From: an uncultured Lachnospiraceae bacterium
Lineage (GTDB): Bacteria; Bacillota; Clostridia; Lachnospirales; Lachnospiraceae
Reading direction: 5' to 3'
Length of the DNA: 64,000 nt
Assembly (NCBI GenBank): GCA_946620035.1
Contig: CAMOMX010000001.1
Span: 1,934-65,933, forward strand
The notes under the pieces: generated by a model
Seen by the model: only the letters and a program-made list of their open reading frames with translations
The model's database searches: none
What the model was told of the DNA's origin: nothing
Position numbers and translations under genes: made by a program
Shown: piece by piece, positions 47,714 to 55,728 of the stretch
Numbering within the stretch: the stretch's first letter is position 1
Layout of the letters: each line of letters opens with the position of its first letter

Positions 47714-49399
47714 TTATACGTTGAATCCGTGTTTTTGCGCGTCTCCCGCGGTGATCGTCCGATAGGAGTCGGAAAGTCCCATTCTCTCACGGAGAACCTT
47801 ATCCAGCTTGAATTTCTGTACTTTCCCGCTGTCCGTTCTCGGGATCCGGTCGATATACTCGACATATTCGGGCCAGAGTCTCTTGGGTACTCTCTTTGCC
47901 TTCAGGTACTCGAGGATATCCTCTTTCGTGGGCTGGTGTCCGGGCTCACATACAATAAAGGCACAGATTCTCTCACCGAGTCTCTCCTCCGGGCGTCCGA
48001 CGATCGTGTGGTCCTTGATCCCGGGGCAGCCCTCGAGGTATGAGTCGATCTCATTGGCATTTAAATTCTCGCCGCCTCTTATGATGACATCCTTGATCCT
48101 TCCGACAACCTTGACATTGTCATTTTCATCCATCACACACAGATCGCCGCTGTAGCACCAGCCGTCATCGTCGAGGGCCTTTTCTGTCGCCTCTTCATTT
48201 TTGTAATAGCCGACGAATACACTGGGCCCGCGGGAAGCCTCCTCGCCTACAGTTCCCCTGGGGACTTCATTGTGATTGCTGTCCACAATACGGACTTCAA
48301 TGCCGCCCATCGCTCTTCCGGACCAGCGTCCGTGCACATCCAGCGCCTCCGAAGGGCGGACATAAAGGTGCGGTACGCTCTCTGTGGAGCCATAGCACTC
48401 GCAGACCAGGATCTGATGGTTGTTAAATGCCTTGTTGACAAGAAACTCCGGCACCGGCGCTCCTCCGCAGATATAGAATCTCAGGTAAGGGAGCTTCTCC
48501 CCGGAAACATCGAGCTGTGCCACAAGGTCGTAAATAAACGGTGTCGCGCCCATGGAGTAAGTGACCTTCTCCCGGTTCATCATGTGGATTGCGTCCACGC
48601 AGCAGAACCTCTCCTGGAGGACCACTTTTCCCCCGCGGAGCATCGGTGAAATGATCCCGTGATGATACCCCGTCGCATGATTGAGCGGCGCAGGCATAAA
48701 CATAATGTCCTCTTCCGTAAGGCCCAGTTCCTTGTTGAATCCGTCCTCCGAGAAGATGATATTATCATTGGTCAGCATAACGCCCTTGCTCATGCTGGTC
48801 GTTCCGGATGTACAAAGGATGGTCGACAGATCCGTTCCCGTTCCCTTATATCTGGGAGGTACCGGGAGGCCCTGCATCAGAAGTTCTTCGAGGCAGACAA
48901 GCTCCGGCGCGGTGCGGCTCTCTCCGATCAGGATGATCCTCTTTCGGGAAAGGACACCTTCGAGTGACTCCTCGATCATTCCGCCCCTGTCCCGGCCTCT
49001 GTATTTGGCTACGCTGATATGGAGATTGCTGCCCAGAAACGCGGTAATATCACGGAGTCCTTCATTTTCAAAGAACATACCGAGAGGAATCGAGACCGCT
49101 CCCAGCTTGAAACAGGCAAGCATGACGGCGACAAACTCGCTCCGGGGCGTGATCTGATAAGTGACCATGCTCCCCTCGCGGACTCCGTACTCATAGAGAA
49201 CTGCCGCGACTTTGTCGGAGTAAACATCCATCTCTTTATAGGTATACCGTCTTCCGAGATCGTCAACAACAAACTCCCTGTCGCCGAATTTTTCCACAGA
49301 TTTCTCAAATCTTGTCAGGAGCGTGTCATCCGTCCAGTCTCCCCGCTCCTTGTATAGTTTTTCAAGTTCCGGATTGATCTTCATTCCAGCTACTCTCAT
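47714..49399 (-). CDS. Acyl-CoA synthetase, FadK/cyclohexanecarboxylate-CoA ligase-like
   Basis: TSGTTSMSKGV, PAPLNHATG, MGATPF, YGSTESVPH, SGDL, GRIKDVIIRGGEN, SGKVQK. Confidence 0.9.
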   Translation of the reverse strand: MRVAGMKINPELEKLYKERGDWTDDTLLTRFEKSVEKFGDREFVVDDLGRRYTYKEMDVYSDKVAAVLYEYGVREGSMVTYQITPRSEFVAVMLACFKLGAVSIPLGMFFENEGLRDITAFLGSNLHISVAKYRGRDRGGMIEESLEGVLSRKRIILIGESRTAPELVCLEELLMQGLPVPPRYKGTGTDLSTILCTSGTTSMSKGVMLTNDNIIFSEDGFNKELGLTEEDIMFMPAPLNHATGYHHGIISPMLRGGKVVLQERFCCVDAIHMMNREKVTYSMGATPFIYDLVAQLDVSGEKLPYLRFYICGGAPVPEFLVNKAFNNHQILVCECYGSTESVPHLYVRPSEALDVHGRWSGRAMGGIEVRIVDSNHNEVPRGTVGEEASRGPSVFVGYYKNEEATEKALDDDGWCYSGDLCVMDENDNVKVVGRIKDVIIRGGENLNANEIDSYLEGCPGIKDHTIVGRPEERLGERICAFIVCEPGHQPTKEDILEYLKAKRVPKRLWPEYVEYIDRIPRTDSGKVQKFKLDKVLRERMGLSDSYRTITAGDAQKHGFNV

Positions 49400-49530
49400 A
49401 ACAGCCTCTTTCTGACAGCTTAATAAAAGTTAGTCTTAAATAGTTAAAATACAATACGACATTTCTGCCGCCGAACATAGTCGCCCGGCGGCAGAAAAAA
49501 TCAGCAGTAATTAATGGTTTTCAAAATTGA

Positions 49531-50667
49531 TCAGATGAGATCGGGATACTCTCTCTCAAGGCACTTCGCAACTGTCTGTCTCTGGATCTGGTTTGTTCCC
49601 TCGAAGATCTGGAAGATCTTGACATCACGCATAAGCTTCTCTACAGGGTACTCTCTGCTGTAGCCGTATCCGCCCAGAACCTGGACTGCATTGGAAGTAA
49701 CTTCCTGTGCGACATCTGTGACGAAGCACTTTGTGATCGCGCCCTCTTTGCGGACGTCCATGCCTGCGTCGATCATTCTCATTGTATTGTTGACAAGGCA
49801 TCTTGCTGCCTCTGTCTTAATAGCCATATCCGCCAGAAGTCCCTGGACCATCTGGAACTTGATGATGGGCTTTCCGAACTGCTTACGAACCTTTGCATAA
49901 GCAACTGCCTCGTCAAGTGCTCTCTGCATGATACCGACAGCCAGAGTAGCGACGAATGCGCGGGAGATATTCAGGCAGCCGAGAGCAACGTTCAGGCCCT
50001 TGCCCTTCTTGCCGATCACGCGGCTCTCAGGAACGCGGACATTGTCAAAGATAAGCTCTGTGGTGTTGGAGAGACGGAAGCCCATCTTGTCCTCGTGTGC
50101 GCCGACAGAGAAACCGGGTGTGTCGCGGTCGATCATGAAAGCGGTGATGCCTTCTTCTGTGCGGAAGAAGCTGATGTAAAGGGAAGCGCACTCTCCGTTC
50201 GTAGCAAATGTCTTTGTTCCGTTGAGGATATAGTCATCGCCGTCCTTTACAGCCGTAGCCTTCAGGGCGCCTGCGTCGGAACCTGCATTGGGCTCTGTGA
50301 TCGCGAAGCATGCGAACTTGCCTTCCTGAACGATATCCGCGAAATACTGGATCTGCTCGGGTGTGCCGGCCAGCATAACATTACGGAAAGCAACAAATGT
50401 AGTAACAAGAGTATCGGCATAGCCTGCGTCTACTTTCGCAAGCTCTTCATACATCATAGCTGTGGTCTCGAAGCTAAGGCCCATTCCGCCGTACTCCTCG
50501 GGAATCTCTGCGAGGTGAAGACCCATTTCAAGGGCAGGCTCGAAGAGCTCGATGGGGCAGTTACCTGTACGGTCGCACTCTGCTACATGAGGCTTGACTT
50601 CCTTCTCAGCCATATCCTTGACCATTGCGATCAATTCTTTCTGCTCGTCAGTATAAACTAATGCCAT
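49531..50667 (-). CDS. Acyl-CoA dehydrogenase/reductase (Bcd-like)
   Basis: FAITEPNAGSD, NGTKTFATNG, EDKMG, RKQFGKPI, GGYGYSREYPVEKLMRD, IFEGTNQIQR. Confidence 0.95.
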   Translation of the reverse strand: MALVYTDEQKELIAMVKDMAEKEVKPHVAECDRTGNCPIELFEPALEMGLHLAEIPEEYGGMGLSFETTAMMYEELAKVDAGYADTLVTTFVAFRNVMLAGTPEQIQYFADIVQEGKFACFAITEPNAGSDAGALKATAVKDGDDYILNGTKTFATNGECASLYISFFRTEEGITAFMIDRDTPGFSVGAHEDKMGFRLSNTTELIFDNVRVPESRVIGKKGKGLNVALGCLNISRAFVATLAVGIMQRALDEAVAYAKVRKQFGKPIIKFQMVQGLLADMAIKTEAARCLVNNTMRMIDAGMDVRKEGAITKCFVTDVAQEVTSNAVQVLGGYGYSREYPVEKLMRDVKIFQIFEGTNQIQRQTVAKCLEREYPDLI

Positions 50668-50734
50668 TGAATTACCCTCCTTTTGTTAAATATAGACAAT
50701 ATGTCCGTTCAAATGACGTTTTTCCTGTACTTAA

Positions 50735-50810
50735 ATCATAAAGGAAAATGAATTCAAACTCCAATCGATTCTATATGCCGAATCTCAAAAAAAGTATAGC
50801 TTTAGCCTAT
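50735..50810 (-). promoter_or_regulatory. LysR-type activated promoter 2
   Basis: ATAG-N7-CTAT at 50796-50810; -35 TTGGAG 50764-50759; 18 nt; -10 TATGAT 50740-50735. Confidence 0.7.
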
Positions 50811-50820
50811 ATAAGAGCAG

Positions 50821-51309
50821 TTACTCCCCCTCTTTCTTATACCCGGCCGCTTCTCTTATATAAAAATCAGCGTCGTATCTGTTTGATTCGATCTCCTGTT
50901 CCGTCACGGTCCTCACGATTTTGGCAGGCCGGCCAAAAGCCAGGCTGTTGTCGGGAATGACCGTTCCCTTCGTGATCAGGGATCCCGCCCCGATCACGCA
51001 GTTCTTCCCGATCACCGCGCCGTTCATGACCGTGGAATTCATTCCGATCAGGGTATTGTCTCCGATCCGGCAGCCGTGCAGGAGGGCAAGATGTCCAACT
51101 GTCACGCCTTTGCCCAGAATGGTCGGGCACCCGGGGCCGACATGGATGACGCAGTTATCCTGGACGTTGGACCCCTCTCCGATGATGATCTGCTCTTCGT
51201 CCCCGCGAAGAACCGCATTGAACCACACACTGCTGTTTTTCTCAAGAACAACGTCCTTGATGATCCTTGCTCCCTCCGCAATATAGGCGGTCTCGTCAAT
51301 CTTTCTCAT
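50821..51309 (-). CDS. Gamma-carbonic-anhydrase-like hexapeptide-repeat protein (YrdA/CaiE/PaaY family)
   Basis: WFNAVLRGD, SNVQDNCVIH, GHLALLHGC. Confidence 0.9.
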   Translation of the reverse strand: MRKIDETAYIAEGARIIKDVVLEKNSSVWFNAVLRGDEEQIIIGEGSNVQDNCVIHVGPGCPTILGKGVTVGHLALLHGCRIGDNTLIGMNSTVMNGAVIGKNCVIGAGSLITKGTVIPDNSLAFGRPAKIVRTVTEQEIESNRYDADFYIREAAGYKKEGE

Positions 51310-51331
51310 ATTCTGCTCCTTGCTGGTCTTT

Positions 51332-52741
51332 TCAACAGTCAGCCAAAAAATCTCTCAACTGTCCGATCCCGCTGATGGGGATCAGCTTCATTCCTTCCGG
51401 TCTCCTGATTCCTTCCGTGCACGTCCGCGGAAGAAGGCAGGTATGAAAACCAAGCTTTGCGGCTTCTCTGACCCTGTTTTCCGCCATGGAGACAGACCTG
51501 ACTTCCCCGGAGAGGCCTACCTCCCCGAACACGACAAGATCGTCCGGCACCGCAATATTTTGAAGGCTCGAAAGAATCGCGAGCACGATCCCCAGATCCA
51601 GGGCAGGCTCTGTCTGCCTGATTCCTCCGGCCAGGTTGATATAGGCGTCGTACTGGGAGAGCGGCAGGTTCAGCCTCTTTTCTATGACCGCCATCAGAAC
51701 GCTCACGCGGTTTGCGTCCGTCCCGGTGGACTGCCTTCTGGGATAGCCGAAATTGGTCCTCACAACGAGTGCCTGCACCTCAGTCAGCATCGGCCGTGTT
51801 CCCTCCATGGAGCACGTAACGACCGACCCGCTCGCCCCCAGAGGGCGTCCGCTCAGCATATATTCCGACGGATTCAATACCTCGACGAGGCCTTCCTTTC
51901 TCATCTCGAAGATCCCGATCTCATTGGTCGAACCGAACCGGTTCTTCACGCCCCTGATCATCCTGTAGGCGGCATATCGGTCCCCCTCAAAGTAGAGCAC
52001 CGTGTCCACCATGTGCTCGAGGACTCTCGGGCCTGCGACCGTTCCCTCCTTTGTGACATGGCCGACAAGGAAGAACGTGATCCCCATCTCCTTGGCAAGT
52101 CGCAAGAGAACCGCAGTCGTCTCTCTGACCTGTGAGACGCTTCCCGGCGCCGAGCCGACTTCATCGCTGTACATAGTCTGGATCGAATCGATCACGACGA
52201 CCTGCGGTTTCTCCCGCATGAGTACATCCGAAATGGTATCCAGGTTTGTCTCACACATAAATTTCAGAGAATCCGGCGCGTTTCCGATCCGCAAAGCCCT
52301 CATCTTGATCTGTCTCAGGGATTCCTCCCCGGAAATATACAGAGCTGAGATGCCTCGCTCCGCCATGCTGCGCGCGGCCTGCAGGAGGATCGTGGATTTT
52401 CCGATTCCGGGATCACCGCCGACAAGGACCAGGGACCCGGCTACGGCGCCTCCCCCAAGGACCCGGTCCAGTTCCCCGAGCCCTGTGGAAAAACGGACTT
52501 CTTCCGTATCCTTCACAAAAGACAATGCGACCGGACGGGCATTTGTATTTCCCGCGCCCAGAGAAAAGCCGCCCGCGCCGCCTTTTCCTGCCCTTTTGGA
52601 CAGAGAGGGCGATGTGATCCTGACCGGCTCCTCGACCATCGTATTCCAGGCCCTGCACGAAGGGCACTGTCCGGTCCACTTTGCCGATTCGTATCCGCAT
52701 TCCTGGCAAAAGAAAACGGTCTTTTTCTTAGAACCTGCCAT
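51332..52741 (-). CDS. radA: DNA repair protein RadA/Sms
   Basis: CQECG..CPSC zinc finger, GDPGIGKST, KNRFG. Confidence 0.97.
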   Translation of the reverse strand: MAGSKKKTVFFCQECGYESAKWTGQCPSCRAWNTMVEEPVRITSPSLSKRAGKGGAGGFSLGAGNTNARPVALSFVKDTEEVRFSTGLGELDRVLGGGAVAGSLVLVGGDPGIGKSTILLQAARSMAERGISALYISGEESLRQIKMRALRIGNAPDSLKFMCETNLDTISDVLMREKPQVVVIDSIQTMYSDEVGSAPGSVSQVRETTAVLLRLAKEMGITFFLVGHVTKEGTVAGPRVLEHMVDTVLYFEGDRYAAYRMIRGVKNRFGSTNEIGIFEMRKEGLVEVLNPSEYMLSGRPLGASGSVVTCSMEGTRPMLTEVQALVVRTNFGYPRRQSTGTDANRVSVLMAVIEKRLNLPLSQYDAYINLAGGIRQTEPALDLGIVLAILSSLQNIAVPDDLVVFGEVGLSGEVRSVSMAENRVREAAKLGFHTCLLPRTCTEGIRRPEGMKLIPISGIGQLRDFLADC

Positions 52742-55172
52742 CGAAAGTCACCACACCTCCCCTGAATCCCGCTGTCACGATCTGCCCCGGCAGGATCTCT
52801 TCGGAAAGAAGCTTCTCCGCGAGCTCATCTTCGATCACTTTCTGGATCGCTCTCTTGAGCGGGCGGGCCCCCATTTTGGGATCGGAGTATTCCTTCACTA
52901 TGTGCTTTCTGAGTGCCGGTGTCACCTTCAGCTGAATTCCGAGCTGCCGGTCCGCTCTGCGGATCAGATCCTCGCAGAGAAGCGAACAGATCCTCTGCAT
53001 CTCGTCGTCACTGAGCGAACGGAATACCAGGATCTCATCGATCCTGTTGATAAACTCAGGGCGGAACATTTTCCGGATCTCTTCCATGACGCCGCTCCGC
53101 ATTTTTTCATAGGACTGTTCCGCGGTCGGCTTGTCCGAAAAGCCGAGCGTCTTGGGCTCAATGATCCTCTGTGCCCCGATATTGGAAGTCATGATGATGA
53201 CGGTGTTCTTGAAGTTTACTTTTCGTCCCTTCGAATCCGTGATATGTCCCTCATCCAGAATCTGTAAAAGGACATTGAACACATCTCTGTGGGCCTTCTC
53301 GATCTCATCGAAAAGGATCACGCTGTAGGGGTGCCTTCTCACCTTCTCGGAGAGCTGTCCGCCCTCCTCATAGCCCACATAGCCGGGGGCTGAGCCGATG
53401 ATCTTGGAGACGGAATACTGCTCCATGTACTCGGACATATCCACGCGGATCATATCCTGGTCCGATCCGAACATGACTTCCGCCAGCGCCTTGGACAGTT
53501 CGGTCTTTCCGACGCCGGTAGGTCCCAGGAACAGGAAGGAGCCGATGGGCCTGTTGGGATCCTGAAGGCCTACCCGTCCTCTGCGTACCGCCTTCGCGAC
53601 TGCATGGACGGCGTCCTCCTGTCCGATCACTCTCTTGTGAAGCTCCTCCTCAAGGCTCAGGAGCCTTGTACTCTCCTTCTCCGTCAGTCTCTTTACCGGC
53701 ACCTTGGACCACATCGAGATCACGGACGCGACATCCTCTTCCCCGACCTGCGGGATTTTGGCAGCGGAGCGGCGCTCCTGCCGCTTTTTGACGGACTCCG
53801 ACTTGTTCCGGAGCTCATCCATATGCGCCTTGATCTGCCTGGCGTCTTCCATGCGCTTTTCTCTGACTGCCTCTGCCAGCATCCGGTCGCAGCGGGTAAT
53901 CTCCTCTTCGATCTTCTGGACCGTGTCCTCCTGATTTTCCATATTCCGAAGGCGCACCGCGGCACAGGCTTCATCGATCACATCGATCGCTTTATCCGGA
54001 AGATTCCGGTCGTTGATATACCGCTCAGACATCGTGACAGCCGCATGGACCGCCTCGTCGGTGACCTTCACATTGTGGTGCTTTTCATAAGCGCTCAGGA
54101 CCCCTTTCAGGATCTCTTCCGCCTGTTCGGCGGTCGGCTCCTCGACCTGGACGGGCTGAAACCTGCGCTCAAGGGCGGCGTCCTTTTCAACGTACTTGTG
54201 GTACTCATTGAGCGTTGTCGCGCCGATCATGCGGATCTCTCCCCTGGCCAGGGAGGGCTTTAAGATGTTGGATGCATCGATCGCGCCTTCCGCGCCGCCT
54301 GCGCCGATCAGCGTGTGCATTTCATCCACAAAGAGGATGATATTTCCGTCCGCGATGACCTCCGCGATGATCTTCTTGATCCTTTCCTCGAATTCGCCTC
54401 TGTACTTGGATCCCGCCACCATGCCGGACAGATCCAGAGTCAGAAGCCTTTTGTTCTTTACAGACTGCGGGACCGCGCCGTTCACGATCCTCTGGGCGAG
54501 CCCTTCCACAATGGCCGTCTTCCCGACTCCGGGTTCTCCCACAAGGCACGGATTGTTCTTGGTCCTTCTGCTCAGGATCCGGATCACTCTGCTGATCTCT
54601 TCCTCCCGTCCTATGACCGGATCGAGTTTCCCCAGAGAAGCCAGTGCGGTCAGGTCCCTGCTGTATCTTGCAAGTGTCCCCTGCTCACTCTCTGAACCGC
54701 CCTGATCCGGCAGGTCCTCCTTGTGCGCGGCAGGATCCTCTCCGATCGCGGAGAGGACATCATCGTAGAGCTTTCCTTTATTGATCCCCAGGGCTTCGAT
54801 CAGCTTGAGCGCTATATTTTCCCGCTCCGTGATGATCGCCATGAGAAGATGCTCCGTGCCGACCTGCTCCGAATGGAGTTTTGCCGCGTGTGAAGCGGCG
54901 ATCCGCATGATCTTCTGGCACCTGGGAGAAAAGCCTTCGTGATCAAGAAGCGCCAGATTGGCGGATTGGATCTTCAGTTCCGCGATCATGCCGCCGATTC
55001 TTGACAAAGTGCAGTTGTTAGCCTTCAGCACTTTGGACGCCACGCCGTCCGGCTCGGTGACAAGGCCTATGAGCAGATGTTCCGAGCCGGTATAATTCTG
55101 GTTGCTGTTCTTTGAAGCATTCTTGGCAAGCCGTATTGCTTCCTGTGCGTTTTTGGTATAATTTTCTCTCAT
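52728..55172 (-). CDS. clpC: ATP-dependent Clp protease ATPase ClpC
   Basis: Clp N repeats, GEPGVGKT, UVR-like middle domain, GPTGVGKT, LGF loop, MGARPL. Confidence 0.95.
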   Translation of the reverse strand: MRENYTKNAQEAIRLAKNASKNSNQNYTGSEHLLIGLVTEPDGVASKVLKANNCTLSRIGGMIAELKIQSANLALLDHEGFSPRCQKIMRIAASHAAKLHSEQVGTEHLLMAIITERENIALKLIEALGINKGKLYDDVLSAIGEDPAAHKEDLPDQGGSESEQGTLARYSRDLTALASLGKLDPVIGREEEISRVIRILSRRTKNNPCLVGEPGVGKTAIVEGLAQRIVNGAVPQSVKNKRLLTLDLSGMVAGSKYRGEFEERIKKIIAEVIADGNIILFVDEMHTLIGAGGAEGAIDASNILKPSLARGEIRMIGATTLNEYHKYVEKDAALERRFQPVQVEEPTAEQAEEILKGVLSAYEKHHNVKVTDEAVHAAVTMSERYINDRNLPDKAIDVIDEACAAVRLRNMENQEDTVQKIEEEITRCDRMLAEAVREKRMEDARQIKAHMDELRNKSESVKKRQERRSAAKIPQVGEEDVASVISMWSKVPVKRLTEKESTRLLSLEEELHKRVIGQEDAVHAVAKAVRRGRVGLQDPNRPIGSFLFLGPTGVGKTELSKALAEVMFGSDQDMIRVDMSEYMEQYSVSKIIGSAPGYVGYEEGGQLSEKVRRHPYSVILFDEIEKAHRDVFNVLLQILDEGHITDSKGRKVNFKNTVIIMTSNIGAQRIIEPKTLGFSDKPTAEQSYEKMRSGVMEEIRKMFRPEFINRIDEILVFRSLSDDEMQRICSLLCEDLIRRADRQLGIQLKVTPALRKHIVKEYSDPKMGARPLKRAIQKVIEDELAEKLLSEEILPGQIVTAGFRGGVVTFDGRF

Positions 55173-55217
55173 TTTTACCTCTATGTCGAAGCGCTGTGCG
55201 CTGAGACACGCGAGCCG

Positions 55218-55604
55218 TCAGTCCTTAAGACTTCCGTCGTACTCATCGTAGATTCTGTCAACAAGCATGAGCATGTCCTTCTTCTTAAGTCCGCGGCAGC
55301 TGGCCTCCGCAAGAAGAACTCTCATATCCTTTTCGATCTGCCTGAGCGCGCGTTCGCGGTTTGTCTCATCCACAGACACAAATGCGCCCCTTCTTCTGTC
55401 GACCTTCACGTAGCCCTCCTGGCGAAGGACCGTATACGCTTTATTGACAGTGTGCATGTTTATTCCGATCTCATCCGCCATCTGCCGCACAGAAGGAAGA
55501 ACTTCCCCGTCCGTGAGACGCGAAGTGGCGATCCCGAGTATGATCTGGTTGCACAGCTGCTGATAAATAGCTTCGTCACTGCTGAAATCGATCTCAATCA
55601 GCAT
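55218..55604 (-). CDS. GntR family regulator, YtrA subfamily
   Basis: 128 aa; AIYQQL, LPSVRQMA, INMHTVNKAY, RRGAFV; short C-terminal domain. Confidence 0.9.
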   Translation of the reverse strand: MLIEIDFSSDEAIYQQLCNQIILGIATSRLTDGEVLPSVRQMADEIGINMHTVNKAYTVLRQEGYVKVDRRRGAFVSVDETNRERALRQIEKDMRVLLAEASCRGLKKKDMLMLVDRIYDEYDGSLKD

Positions 55605-55637
55605 AGTATCACCTTCCTTTTCCGGTAAGAAAAGCCA

Positions 55638-55685
55638 AAATCCACCTGTTATATTTATGGTATAACAGGTGGATTTATCTGTCAA
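55638..55685 (-). promoter_or_regulatory. Promoter overlapped by a 16-bp perfect inverted repeat (YtrA-type operator)
   Basis: TTGACA(55685-55680)-17-TACCAT(55662-55657); IR aaatccacctgttata-N7-tataacaggtggattt at 55638-55676. Confidence 0.7.
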
Positions 55686-55728
55686 GTTCAGCTGTTACAT
55701 CGCAGTAAGGGCGAAACCCGCTTCGGAC

